Origin: Candidatus Omnitrophota bacterium
GTDB lineage: Bacteria; Omnitrophota; Gorgyraeia; Zapsychrales; Zapsychraceae
NCBI GenBank assembly: GCA_015233115.1
Contig: JADFYJ010000016.1
Coordinates: 499 to 61,481, forward strand
Direction: 5' to 3'
Length of the DNA: 60,983 nt
Shown here in pieces: positions 1 to 9,474 of this stretch. Position numbers and translations under genes: made by a program. The notes beneath the pieces are model-generated. The model was not told the origin of the DNA. It ran no database searches and saw only the letters and a program-made list of their open reading frames with translations. The first letter of the stretch is position 1, and every line of letters begins with the position of its first letter.

Positions 1-1
1 A

Positions 2-283
2 TGCCCGTGGATAGCGCAAGCACAGTATACTGGTGGTAATCATAGCGGTTCTGCTGATTCCACGGTTGGCTCCGGTATTTACGTTGGAGGTCCTGAGCAG
101 GGAAATTTTGCCAGCTCATCCAATAGCGGTATTTTAGCTAGCGGCGAAGCCGCATATTTAGTTTTTAAACTGAGTCCTTCTTCTGAAAAACACTCCACAG
201 CTTTTACCCGTCAGCCTATTGTTGAAATACGTGACTCAAGCGGGAACAATACTCGTTGTACCCCAAGCAAACTCTCCTTCTAA
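2..283 (+). pseudogene. 5'-partial, apparently truncated secreted protein with the start of an Ig-like (Big/invasin-type) domain
   Basis: Not in the ORF track. Frame 2 is open from the window edge and reads CPWIAQA|QYTGGNHSGS...AYLVFKLSPSSEKHSTAFTRQPIVEIRDSSGN. This looks like a signal-peptide end plus the LxF..PS....F..QPxVxIxDxxGN pattern of bacterial Ig-like domains. It then reads into the antisense of the neighbouring gene and stops at TAA 281-283. Confidence 0.6.
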
Positions 284-1291
284 TGGATAAACTGGGCCGC
301 GCGCCATTTTTTCATATTCTAATTCTGTGATCGGACGTAAGGTCATCCAGTCTAAAAATGCAGCCAAATCTTGCCACGATAAATAACTTAAAGCACGGTT
401 AGGCCTATCTGATCCACACACTAAAGGCGAACCTGAGCATTGCACTGTATTCCGAAATTTAACCGAATCTGAACCCTTATGTTGATTATCTGTAATATCC
501 CGGTTAGCCCGTGCTGACGCGGCAAGAGAATTAACAAAACCAGTCCACTCTCCTTCATTAACTTCATATTTCATAACATAAAACGAGTTGTAACCTTTAG
601 GATATTCATCAGAAATATCAAAACTGGAACCGGTTGCGTTCTCTCCATCATTTCCACTTGAAACATAATAATATCCATTATTAGCCACACCTGTCACTGG
701 TATTAGTGAGGCGCTGGTAATGTACCATGGGTTTAAATCAGCTGATCCTTTTTTCAATGATCCCGTACTTAGTTTGTCGCCAGCATAAAAAGCACCTTGA
801 GGGATATAAACCATTTCTAATCCAAAAATATTAGCTTTGATCTCATCGCTGTCCGTAAACCCGCAGGCGCCATAATTGACAGTTACCTGAACACCGGTCG
901 AAGAAATTTTAGAAAAAGGGCCAAATTTGGCAGGACGGACAAAAACACCGAGCAGATCTTTAGGAACAACAATATCAATATTTGAAGAACTTCCGGTGGA
1001 TAATCCTATCGGAACTGCTCCAGTAACGGCGATAGGACATAATTTTTTCTCAGAGGAAAGATCACTCGATTTATTCAAACGGATGGTCAGCCAAGCGGCA
1101 TCGTGATTAATCTTGGTTTTCCAAGAATTTTCCCAAGAAATATCAAATTGCACAGATACAGTTTTATTGACTGGATTGCGGCTGCCTAATTTGACATTTG
1201 TAATAGTCAAATTATTAGCTAATACAGGTAACGAAGTAATTAGTAATATTACTAATGTAGTATATATAATTTTTACAATTTTATTATGCAT
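236..1291 (-). CDS. Secreted SUMF1/FGE-sulfatase-fold protein, apparently C-terminally truncated
   Basis: Signal peptide, FDISWENSW, EMVYIPQGAFYAG, FYVMKYEV, LSWQD..AFLDW..LRPITELEYEKMARGP..EFAWG. It stops right after WGTTSIVPA, without the GN..EW/RGG motifs that normally follow in this fold. Confidence 0.7.
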   Translation of the reverse strand: MHNKIVKIIYTTLVILLITSLPVLANNLTITNVKLGSRNPVNKTVSVQFDISWENSWKTKINHDAAWLTIRLNKSSDLSSEKKLCPIAVTGAVPIGLSTGSSSNIDIVVPKDLLGVFVRPAKFGPFSKISSTGVQVTVNYGACGFTDSDEIKANIFGLEMVYIPQGAFYAGDKLSTGSLKKGSADLNPWYITSASLIPVTGVANNGYYYVSSGNDGENATGSSFDISDEYPKGYNSFYVMKYEVNEGEWTGFVNSLAASARANRDITDNQHKGSDSVKFRNTVQCSGSPLVCGSDRPNRALSYLSWQDLAAFLDWMTLRPITELEYEKMARGPVYPLEGEFAWGTTSIVPA

Positions 1292-1339
1292 TTTTTAATC
1301 AACCACCCTGCCGTGAACTTAAATGATTAAGTTGATAAT

Positions 1340-2089
1340 TTACGGATGCTGCTTCTCGAGCGGAGAATCAACCATGCTTCTTAATTGCAATTCCGCGTCA
1401 GTCACCTTGCCGTCAACGAAAGGCTTATCTTTCGAATTCGGGTTCAAATAAAGGTACATTTTATAGTGTTTCAAGGCAGTTTTATAATCATGCAAATATT
1501 CACCACTAACAAAAGCTAAATTATAATGCGCATCTGGATCATCCGGCATTAGCGTCACAGCTTGGTAATATTCACGCGCGGCAATTTCATATTCGCCCCG
1601 TTGAAAATAAATATTGCCCATGTTGTAATGCGCCCGTGCCGCATCCATGCCCAGCTTTTCATCTTTTTCAGCGTAAGCATCGATCTTATATAACAGATCT
1701 AAAGTTTTCTCTTCCCGGTCAACAATATTACCCGTTGATGGGGCGGGTACGTTAACAGCATCCGCAACTTTGATTGACGCGTCCATAGAGCCAAATTGGT
1801 TTTGTGATCCAGCTAATTTTTTTTCTAATTCTGTGACTTGACTGTTAAGTTTTTCAATTTCCTGTGAATATTGTCGATTAGCACTGCGTGTTTTACCCAC
1901 GGTATCAACCAAGTTATCCCGGTCATGTTTTAAAGTTTCTATTTCACTCTTCAATTTTTCCGCATCATCTCCGGTTGAAGCGCTTTCACTATGCGCTAAA
2001 CCTGTACCAATCAAAAACATGATACAAAACACAACTATGAACGCCGCCCCCGCCTTAATAGTTTGTTTATTATTTGATATCGTTATCAT
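1340..2089 (-). CDS. Exported coiled-coil plus TPR protein
   Basis: N-terminal hydrophobic segment, coiled coil, TPRs (AHYNMGNIYFQRGEY, DAHYNLA). Start moved to ATG 2089, which follows a GAGGA RBS. Confidence 0.8.
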   Translation of the reverse strand: MITISNNKQTIKAGAAFIVVFCIMFLIGTGLAHSESASTGDDAEKLKSEIETLKHDRDNLVDTVGKTRSANRQYSQEIEKLNSQVTELEKKLAGSQNQFGSMDASIKVADAVNVPAPSTGNIVDREEKTLDLLYKIDAYAEKDEKLGMDAARAHYNMGNIYFQRGEYEIAAREYYQAVTLMPDDPDAHYNLAFVSGEYLHDYKTALKHYKMYLYLNPNSKDKPFVDGKVTDAELQLRSMVDSPLEKQHP

Positions 2090-2111
2090 CGCGCAATCCT
2101 CTCTGATTAAA

Positions 2112-3692
2112 TTAAATATCACTGCTATATGATTTAAACGGCTTGATACCACCCTCATATGCTTTGTAATCAGCCTCGCTTTTTATAATAGTTGGAGTAA
2201 TGAAAATGACGATTTCGGTTTGTGTAATGGTATCTGACGTGCGTCCAAACAATACTCCGAGCAAAGGAATATCTTTTAATACCGGCAATCCACTTTTGCT
2301 ATGATTTTTGTCATTCTTTTTTAACCCGCCTAATATAATAGTGTAGCCGTCTTTAACCATCACTGTCGTTTCCACCAAAGTTTTATTAACCTGAGGAATG
2401 CCCCCTGACTTGGTTTCCAAACGGGCAGAAACTGTAGAAATTTCTGGCTGGAGCCTCATAGTCACAAATCCATTATCGTTAATGACAGGTGTTACATTTA
2501 ATTTCAGACCAACATCCACGAAACGGACGTCCTCACTCGTGATTGCGTTATCCCCAGTGCCTGATGTTGTTGAAACAATATAAGGAACAGTATCACCAAT
2601 ATGGATCTTCGCTTCTTCATTGTTGGTAACTAATAGCTTGGGATTGGAAATAATTTTTGTGTCACTAACTTTTTCCAGTGCCCTAATATCTGCCTGAATT
2701 ACATCTTTGGAGAAATTCCCTACCATCATATCGCCAAATATATTCTTTAAATTATCAGCGCCACTCATGTTGGCTATATTCGCATAATTATTGTTCACCA
2801 CAAATTTATTTTTGCTGCCAAAATCTGTTTTCCAATCAATACCGACATCATATTGAGGATTAAAAGTAATCTGTAAAACACGGGCATCAACCAAAACTTC
2901 TTTAGTCGGCGTATCTAGTTTGGCAATAATTTGTTCAACTTCTTTAGCTCGTCCGGGTAATGCCCGAACAATGACCTGGTTAGATCTTTCATCAGCTGTT
3001 ACAGAACCTACAGCTTTAGCATCAATACGCGCTTTTAACTTTTCAGCCACTACATCCGCTTTCGCGTATTGGAGGGTATACACAAATGTTTCTAACGGCT
3101 TTTCAACATCTTCGATCGCTTTGATCATGCGTGCCAATGCTTCTTTGGTATCAATCATGACAACTGAACCAGTATCTTCATCGATAATGACTTTGCCCAC
3201 GTTGCTCTTCAGATTATCCAGTGCAGCTAACACATAACTTGGTTTTGAATATTGTAAACGAACAATTTTCACTTCAGCTTTATTCCCAAACCGTTCGCCA
3301 TACATGGATTCATATTCCGCATTAGGCATAATATGAACGATATTGCCTTCGACCTTATAGGCCAAATTGTTTGAAATCACAATAATATCCAAAGAATCTT
3401 TAATTTTGACGTTATTCAATAAAACCGTAGAACGGCCTTGAACAGTAGGACTGACAACAACATTGAATTCGCCTTTGAGCGCCAAAAATTTAATCACATC
3501 GACGACATTCATATCCCGAACGTCTAAGGTGATTTCACGATCCATGCGCTGGGCAATGGCTTCTTCGTCTTTGGTGATCACGATTTGTTTGTTCTCCGCT
3601 AAAATTTTAGCGGCAAAAACAAAACTGAAAACCAAAAGGTAAGCTAAAAAACAAGCACCAATTTTTTGGGTTTTATGGTTTAGGCGTATCAT
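2112..3692 (-). CDS. Secretin (PilQ/GspD family)
   Basis: STN/N domains (ITLDVRDMNVVDVIKFLA, DERSNQVIV) and secretin core (SNPKLLVTNNEEAKIHIG, DVGLKLNVTP, SGLPVLKDIPLLGVLF, EIVIFITPTI). Confidence 0.93.
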   Translation of the reverse strand: MIRLNHKTQKIGACFLAYLLVFSFVFAAKILAENKQIVITKDEEAIAQRMDREITLDVRDMNVVDVIKFLALKGEFNVVVSPTVQGRSTVLLNNVKIKDSLDIIVISNNLAYKVEGNIVHIMPNAEYESMYGERFGNKAEVKIVRLQYSKPSYVLAALDNLKSNVGKVIIDEDTGSVVMIDTKEALARMIKAIEDVEKPLETFVYTLQYAKADVVAEKLKARIDAKAVGSVTADERSNQVIVRALPGRAKEVEQIIAKLDTPTKEVLVDARVLQITFNPQYDVGIDWKTDFGSKNKFVVNNNYANIANMSGADNLKNIFGDMMVGNFSKDVIQADIRALEKVSDTKIISNPKLLVTNNEEAKIHIGDTVPYIVSTTSGTGDNAITSEDVRFVDVGLKLNVTPVINDNGFVTMRLQPEISTVSARLETKSGGIPQVNKTLVETTVMVKDGYTIILGGLKKNDKNHSKSGLPVLKDIPLLGVLFGRTSDTITQTEIVIFITPTIIKSEADYKAYEGGIKPFKSYSSDI

Positions 3693-4296
3693 ATTTTATC
3701 ACGATCTCCTCATTTTGATAGCCGAGTTCGACGCTGTCGGCATAAATGGTTTTAACAAAAATATCACCTATTTTTTCCCCTTTCATCAGGAAATAGGTTT
3801 GATTCTTCTCGGTATCTTCAATCATAACTGAGGCAGAATCGACGGAATCTAACCAGGAAACCCCGACTAAACGAAGGCTTTTTGTGGCCCGGGCAATGTC
3901 TCTATTCGCGGAAACTTCCGCAGACCCCGTGGCGTGTGGTTTTTCATATGGATAAAAGAAATTACGCTTGTGAATATTCGATATATAAACGTCCAAATTT
4001 TTTGAATTATTTTTGGCAAGTAAGCCTGAAATTTTAGGAGCGGCAATTTTAGGTTCAGTAAAAGCAACGGCACGTTTTACCATTTCATTGCCCGCCCTGA
4101 ACTGGCCGAAAATAAGGGCGATGCCCAGCACAATTAACAAAACCAACAACCCATTAACACAACGGATCATAATCAAAAGGTTTTGTTTTTGTTTAACGTC
4201 TTGTTGGGCTTTAGATGAGACGGCTCCGGAACCTGAAGAGGTCTCGATCATCTTAAGCAACTTTTGTTCAGCTGTTTCGTTATTTTTCCCCGCCAT
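3673..4296 (-). CDS. PilP/GspC-like membrane-anchored secretion/pilus assembly protein
   Basis: One TM helix, then RNFFYP and LRLVGVSW...VMIED...TYFLMKGEKIG..VKTIY (HR-domain-like). Overlaps the secretin gene. Confidence 0.65.
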   Translation of the reverse strand: MAGKNNETAEQKLLKMIETSSGSGAVSSKAQQDVKQKQNLLIMIRCVNGLLVLLIVLGIALIFGQFRAGNEMVKRAVAFTEPKIAAPKISGLLAKNNSKNLDVYISNIHKRNFFYPYEKPHATGSAEVSANRDIARATKSLRLVGVSWLDSVDSASVMIEDTEKNQTYFLMKGEKIGDIFVKTIYADSVELGYQNEEIVIKYDTPKP

Positions 4297-4369
4297 ATGT
4301 TCTCATTCTAGTTTGTGTTATCACAACTTCAAGTTAAAAAATATTTTTTTTATAAAATATTTTACAATT

Positions 4370-5251
4370 TTACCGTCGGATATCAAACATAACATCCCGC
4401 TCTGAGATTTCCTGGACCAAATTACGGTCTACGCTTTTTTTATCTTTGATAACCACCTCTTTTAAAACCTTATGACACAACATATTGATCTTCCGCGGAT
4501 AACCTTTAGTTTGAACATAAATTTCACTTATAGCTTCATCACTAAACAACTGCTCGTATCCCCGATAGCCGGCCCGCTGCATTCTAAAATCAATCAACGC
4601 TTTCGTGTCCATGACATCTAACGGGTTCAATGTATATCGAAAACTGATACGGTCCATAAAATTGTCCATGCCAATAATTTTTGGATACAATTCAAGCTGA
4701 CCCATCAAAACAATCTGAATCAATTTATGGTCATTCGTTTCAAAATTTAGTAAAATCCTTAACGCCTCTAAGGTGGCCGGGTCTAATTTTTGAGCTTCAT
4801 CGACAATCAGCATGACTGTTTTATTTTCTTCAATAGTCTTGCGGATCAAAAACTGTTCGATCAGATCCCGGAGCTCGGTCACATCCAAATCCTTCAATTT
4901 GACTTTCGAAGATATTTCAATATTGAAATTTTGTATTAAAGTGACTAAGAACTGTTCCTCACTCGCAAAATACGGATTCAAAATCATGTGAAAGATCATG
5001 TCTCGACGTTGATTCAATTCGTGCAGCAACTTGCGGCACATCGTCGTTTTACCCGTCCCCACATCCCCCAAAATCACGCTTAAACCCCGCCTGAGCCTGA
5101 GCTCAATCAACAACATGGTCAATGCTTTATCGTGTTCTTGAGACGGATAAAAAAAATCAGGATCCGGACTGGTCGCGAACGGCTCCCGTTCGAAGCCTAA
5201 AAGCGAATAATAACCCACATGATATTTTTTTTCGATTGCAACTGTCATCAT
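4370..5251 (-). CDS. ExeA/GspA-family AAA ATPase (ATPase domain only)
   Basis: EPFATSPDPDFFYPSQEH, Walker A GDVGTGKTT, Walker B LIVDEAQ, LMGQLEL, GYPRKINMLC. Confidence 0.9.
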   Translation of the reverse strand: MMTVAIEKKYHVGYYSLLGFEREPFATSPDPDFFYPSQEHDKALTMLLIELRLRRGLSVILGDVGTGKTTMCRKLLHELNQRRDMIFHMILNPYFASEEQFLVTLIQNFNIEISSKVKLKDLDVTELRDLIEQFLIRKTIEENKTVMLIVDEAQKLDPATLEALRILLNFETNDHKLIQIVLMGQLELYPKIIGMDNFMDRISFRYTLNPLDVMDTKALIDFRMQRAGYRGYEQLFSDEAISEIYVQTKGYPRKINMLCHKVLKEVVIKDKKSVDRNLVQEISERDVMFDIRR

Positions 5252-5337
5252 ATCCCCCCGGATATGAAACTTTTTTAAGTTTCATAAATATATTCTACTT
5301 TTCAAAAAGACAACCGCAATATAATTCTAATTTATTA

Positions 5338-6312
5338 TTAATTTTTTTTAATAAAAAAATTAAAAATTCCCGACGCTAATCCAAAAAACCGGTAAAAAGT
5401 TCTCACCCCCATCACGCCAATGTAACTAATTCCATCTGCATTAAATCCATTGAACTTAAAACTGTAGTAAGCTTCCATGATCAATAAACTGACCAGGCAT
5501 AAAAGCTCGACGATAAAAATCCCCCAAGCCAACAACACAAAAGGCAAGCATAGGACTAACATCCCACAGACAAAAATTTCCGCAATATCTTTCAAAAAAG
5601 TATAATCATCACCCCGTGCCATATGTATATGCCGGCCGTAAAGTTTTGCTCTCCAAAATCCATGGCGGTATTGCTCATTTAAATATTTAAAAAATTTTGT
5701 CGGATGATAGTGGTCAACTAACGCCTCCCGGGAAAAATAAATTTTATATCCGGCTTTGCTCACTTTATAACTCAAATCATTATCTTCTCCACTGGCCCGT
5801 CGGTATGATTCATCAAAACCTCCGGCGTCTTCAAACGTTTTCCGGCGGATGGCAAAATTATAACTGCCGAACGCGCGGGGATAATCAGGCATTAAATGCT
5901 GGTGACGAAAAAGAATTTCTTTCCAAACACAACGCGCCAGACGGGATTCGGGATTCGCGATCCCGTAACTTCCAGCCACCACGCCGATATCCGAAGCTAA
6001 AAAATTTTTCATTAATAATTCGACCCAATGGTCTTGCGGCACACAATCCGAATCCGTGAAAATAAAGAATTCTCCCCGGGCGATCCTTGCGCCATGATTG
6101 CGCGCGGACGCAGGACCGGCATTTTCTTGACGGGCATAATGGACATTGGGAAAGGTCCGAATGATTTCAGCTGTTTGGTCTGTAGAGCCATCATCGACGA
6201 CAATGATTTCGAAACACGGGTATGATTGACGAATGATCGCTTCCAGGCAGGGCGCGATCGTCTGAGAACTATTATAGGCAGGCACAATAATACTGACCAA
6301 AGGTTGATTCAT
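5338..6312 (-). CDS. Glycosyltransferase family 2 with C-terminal TM helices
   Basis: VSIIVPAYN, VVDDGSTD, NAGPASARN, FTDSDC, GGFDE, GEDNDL. ATG 6312 overlaps the upstream TGA (TGATG). Confidence 0.9.
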   Translation of the reverse strand: MNQPLVSIIVPAYNSSQTIAPCLEAIIRQSYPCFEIIVVDDGSTDQTAEIIRTFPNVHYARQENAGPASARNHGARIARGEFFIFTDSDCVPQDHWVELLMKNFLASDIGVVAGSYGIANPESRLARCVWKEILFRHQHLMPDYPRAFGSYNFAIRRKTFEDAGGFDESYRRASGEDNDLSYKVSKAGYKIYFSREALVDHYHPTKFFKYLNEQYRHGFWRAKLYGRHIHMARGDDYTFLKDIAEIFVCGMLVLCLPFVLLAWGIFIVELLCLVSLLIMEAYYSFKFNGFNADGISYIGVMGVRTFYRFFGLASGIFNFFIKKN

Positions 6313-6983
6313 CAGGGCCTCGCGATTACAAAAAGGAGCATTCCCCATTTTTTGCCGAATAATTTTTCCGGAGAGCACTTGATGGGCAATACATTAACAC
6401 CGCCGGAACGAATGACTTTTAATCCGTTGCGTTCATGCAAGGAATCCAGTTGCGACAATATAAATGGGGTCTCTTTTATTCCCGGCATATAAAACGGCCG
6501 GATAATCTGCCACGGCGACCATTGATTCGGCACAAACGTAACTATCACTCCGTCGGATTTTAAAACAGAACGGAGATTAGTCAAAATCCGGTTTTGCTCT
6601 TCGCCCGAAAAATGTTCCAAAAGGCCGTCAGAAAATATCACGTCGAATTTCCGATCTATCGAAGTGGAGAAATCCGGCGACAACAAATCTTTCTGCCACG
6701 CCTCCACCCGGCCTTGGGTCAAACGCTTAACAATTTCCAAGGCTTCCGACGAGTAATCCAGAGCCACAGTTTGCGCGCCCCGGTCGGCAAAATATTGAGA
6801 AAAAAATCCACTGCCGCATCCGGCATCCAAAACGGATTTACCCGGCTTTATAAAAGGGTCCAAAACTGTCATGATCCGTTGTTTGGAGCAGCTGATTTGA
6901 GTGAATCTTTTCGTCTGATCCAGACTCCAGAAATGATCCCAATCTTCTGCTTGCGGCCGGAGGTTCGTCATGTTATTTGCCAT
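6312..6983 (-). CDS. Class I SAM-dependent methyltransferase
   Basis: VLDAGCGSG, ALDYS, FDVIFSDGLLEHF, VLKSDG. Confidence 0.9.
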   Translation of the reverse strand: MANNMTNLRPQAEDWDHFWSLDQTKRFTQISCSKQRIMTVLDPFIKPGKSVLDAGCGSGFFSQYFADRGAQTVALDYSSEALEIVKRLTQGRVEAWQKDLLSPDFSTSIDRKFDVIFSDGLLEHFSGEEQNRILTNLRSVLKSDGVIVTFVPNQWSPWQIIRPFYMPGIKETPFILSQLDSLHERNGLKVIRSGGVNVLPIKCSPEKLFGKKWGMLLFVIARP

Positions 6984-7335
6984 CCTGCCCGCCGGGTTTT
7001 TGCTGTAAATCCTTCAACATTTTTTCAAGTATGCCAATTTTTTGCGCCATGATTTCATTACGCCGGTTTTGCTGACATAAAAATATGGTCATCATCAAAG
7101 ACAACAAAACTAAAACACCGAGGATGCAGAAGAACACGAAATTACTGGGGATTTCAAATCCCACCCAACGGGATACAGAAAAAATTGTTTTAGGAAACAT
7201 GGTCACCAAAACCGCGGCGAAACTGGCTATAAGCCAGCCAAACGCGTACTTAAAAGTCAATTTTTCCCGGCGGACAAGGTCGACCACAAATAAAAAAATC
7301 ACCACCGAAACCACCAAAGCAAATATCATCGGCAT
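6973..7335 (-). CDS. DUF2304-like membrane protein
   Basis: Three TM segments, VRREKL..KYA..WL, VGFEIPSN, MAQKIG. Typical partner of the adjacent DPM1-like GT2. Confidence 0.75.
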   Translation of the reverse strand: MPMIFALVVSVVIFLFVVDLVRREKLTFKYAFGWLIASFAAVLVTMFPKTIFSVSRWVGFEIPSNFVFFCILGVLVLLSLMMTIFLCQQNRRNEIMAQKIGILEKMLKDLQQKPGGQDGK

Positions 7336-8054
7336 GACACCAGCTCCTTGGACGTGTGTTTGAATTTATCCAGTAAAATCGCGAAAGTGACTTTGATCAT
7401 ATAATACAGCGTCTTTATGTCGCGGATGGAACTTTTCCCGCCGGAGCGTTTCCGCATGATAACCGGCACTTCCCGGATGACGGCTTTGTATCGGCTGGCT
7501 ACGGCAATGGCTTCTGGTTCGGGAAAATCCTGCGGATAATATCGCGCGAATACATTAATTAATTTTTTATTAAACGCTCTAAATCCCGAGGTAGGATCAG
7601 TGATTTTATGGCCAGTTAACATGCTGATCAAACCCACAAAAAAATTGATCCCGATCCGGCGGGCAAAGGAAGATTGAAAACCTTTTTGAACGGATAAAAA
7701 CCGGCTGCCAATCGTCATATCCGCTTCACCGGTGATAACCGGAGCTAAAAGATCTTTAAGATAAGCGGCATCATGCTGATTATCCCCGTCGACCTGAATC
7801 ATAATATCAAAACCATTATCCCGGGCATACTTAAATCCCGTCTGCACAGCGCCGCCGATCCCCAAATTAAACGGCAGTCTGACCACTTCAGCGCCGGCCA
7901 AAGCTGCCTCTGCCGAGGTAAGATCAGCTGAGCCATCGTCGACGACCAAAACTGAAACAGCCTGGCCGCAATGAAAAACTTCAGCCACAGTTTTTTGGAT
8001 ATTTTCCGCTTCGTTAAAAGCCGGAATCACGACTAAAATTTTGTCCGCAGTCAT
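7326..8054 (-). CDS. GT2 glycosyltransferase, polyprenol-phosphate glycosyltransferase (DPM1)-like
   Basis: VIPAFNE, VVDDGS, NLGIGGAVQTG, QVDGDNQHD, TDPTSGFRA, DFPEPE. Confidence 0.9.
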   Translation of the reverse strand: MTADKILVVIPAFNEAENIQKTVAEVFHCGQAVSVLVVDDGSADLTSAEAALAGAEVVRLPFNLGIGGAVQTGFKYARDNGFDIMIQVDGDNQHDAAYLKDLLAPVITGEADMTIGSRFLSVQKGFQSSFARRIGINFFVGLISMLTGHKITDPTSGFRAFNKKLINVFARYYPQDFPEPEAIAVASRYKAVIREVPVIMRKRSGGKSSIRDIKTLYYMIKVTFAILLDKFKHTSKELVSCR

Positions 8055-8056
8055 TT

Positions 8057-9370
8057 TTATATTTTTATTTTCTTAACATTAATATATTCGATATATTTCA
8101 AAGAATTTTCCATCAATTCATCGTCCGTCTCTCCGGTTTTATCAGGCGTTAAACCCTCGAAACTAAAGGGGATTCCGTCCGCGTGATATCCGCGCGCTGT
8201 AATTAAAAGCAGCATAGAGCCATCATCCAAGTTAAACATACTTTTTAACATTACCTGACCCGCGGAATTGGCTCCCATGAGTACAGCTCTGCCTTTTCGC
8301 TGTAAAATTCCAGAAAATAATTCTGAAGCACTGCCGGATTGTTTGTTGATCCATATCACCAGCGGCCCATGATACTTAAAACGCTCCGGGATAACCGGCA
8401 CGTCCATAATGCCAGGCTCAAAACCTTTTTTATGAAAATACGCGAATTGATCGCCTCCGGGCAGAAAAAACGAAGAAATTTCCCGGGCAGAAAGCGGCGG
8501 GCCGCCCGGATTATTCCGCATATCAAGGATCAAACCTTTAATCTCCCCTTTTTGGCGGAAATATTCCATAAATCTCAGCATGTCTTCTGATGTCATACGG
8601 TTAAAATTTTCGACTTTAAGCCCATAAACTTGGGGCAAAATCGTCGGAAACGGAAACACCGTTTGCTTAAAATATTCCTGGCTTTTAACTTTAATCTGTT
8701 TGCATTGCTGATCTGCCGCGCATTGATAATCGATTCTCACTTCACTATTAATCAATGGATTTAAAAAATCATGTATTTTCGCATCTTCCAATCCGCTGAC
8801 TTTTTGGGTTTCCAACGCGAGAATCATATCCTGCTCCCGCAAGCCTTTGATGTAAGAATCAGAACGCGGCTCAATCTTATCCACCACATAACCTTGCGGT
8901 GTTTTATGGCCTTCGATCCCAATGTCAATTCTCTGGCCTAAAGCTGTTTGTTTATATTCTTTGGCAGGCGCCGGAGGGAACAAAGCAGAAAATATGTCTT
9001 CCTTGCTCTTTAAAAAATCCACTAAAAACGCAGCACTGCGCCATTTAATAAAATCAATAGACTTACCGGTTTCTTTTAACTGCGCGTAAATTTTCTTATT
9101 AAAAACTCCCACAAAACGGTCAAATTCTTCCTGCTTAACCGGCTGGTAATAATTATCTTGCATTACTTTATAAATCTGTTCAAAAAAAGCGATATAGTTT
9201 TTATAGGCAGGATCAGACATAAGCGGATTAACTGATTCTTTGGATTTCTGAGCCGAAATGACTGGCGAAGGCGCTTTTTTAACTGCTTTTGTTCCAGCCG
9301 CTTCGCTTCCTGACGAAAACAAGAATGGAATTAAAACTGTCAGAAATAAGATAGATAATTTTTGATTCAT
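8057..9370 (-). CDS. S41-family (carboxy-terminal processing) protease
   Basis: Signal peptide, PDZ-like region, LILDMRNNPGG, SGSASELFSG, G.NSAG. Confidence 0.85.
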   Translation of the reverse strand: MNQKLSILFLTVLIPFLFSSGSEAAGTKAVKKAPSPVISAQKSKESVNPLMSDPAYKNYIAFFEQIYKVMQDNYYQPVKQEEFDRFVGVFNKKIYAQLKETGKSIDFIKWRSAAFLVDFLKSKEDIFSALFPPAPAKEYKQTALGQRIDIGIEGHKTPQGYVVDKIEPRSDSYIKGLREQDMILALETQKVSGLEDAKIHDFLNPLINSEVRIDYQCAADQQCKQIKVKSQEYFKQTVFPFPTILPQVYGLKVENFNRMTSEDMLRFMEYFRQKGEIKGLILDMRNNPGGPPLSAREISSFFLPGGDQFAYFHKKGFEPGIMDVPVIPERFKYHGPLVIWINKQSGSASELFSGILQRKGRAVLMGANSAGQVMLKSMFNLDDGSMLLLITARGYHADGIPFSFEGLTPDKTGETDDELMENSLKYIEYINVKKIKI

Positions 9371-9474
9371 ATATTCAAAACGTTTCACAAATTGGTCTAA
9401 TCAGATTTAATATAAGATTATACCTATATTCTTATTAAAGAGAACAATTTTTTATAATTGTTGAAAATATTTAT

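Noticed and set aside
158-238. TGA readthrough or recoding extending the FGE-fold gene
   Set aside because: Readthrough adds only 25 codons without family motifs before TAA. TGA is an ordinary stop for several conserved genes here, such as gcvPA and murD.
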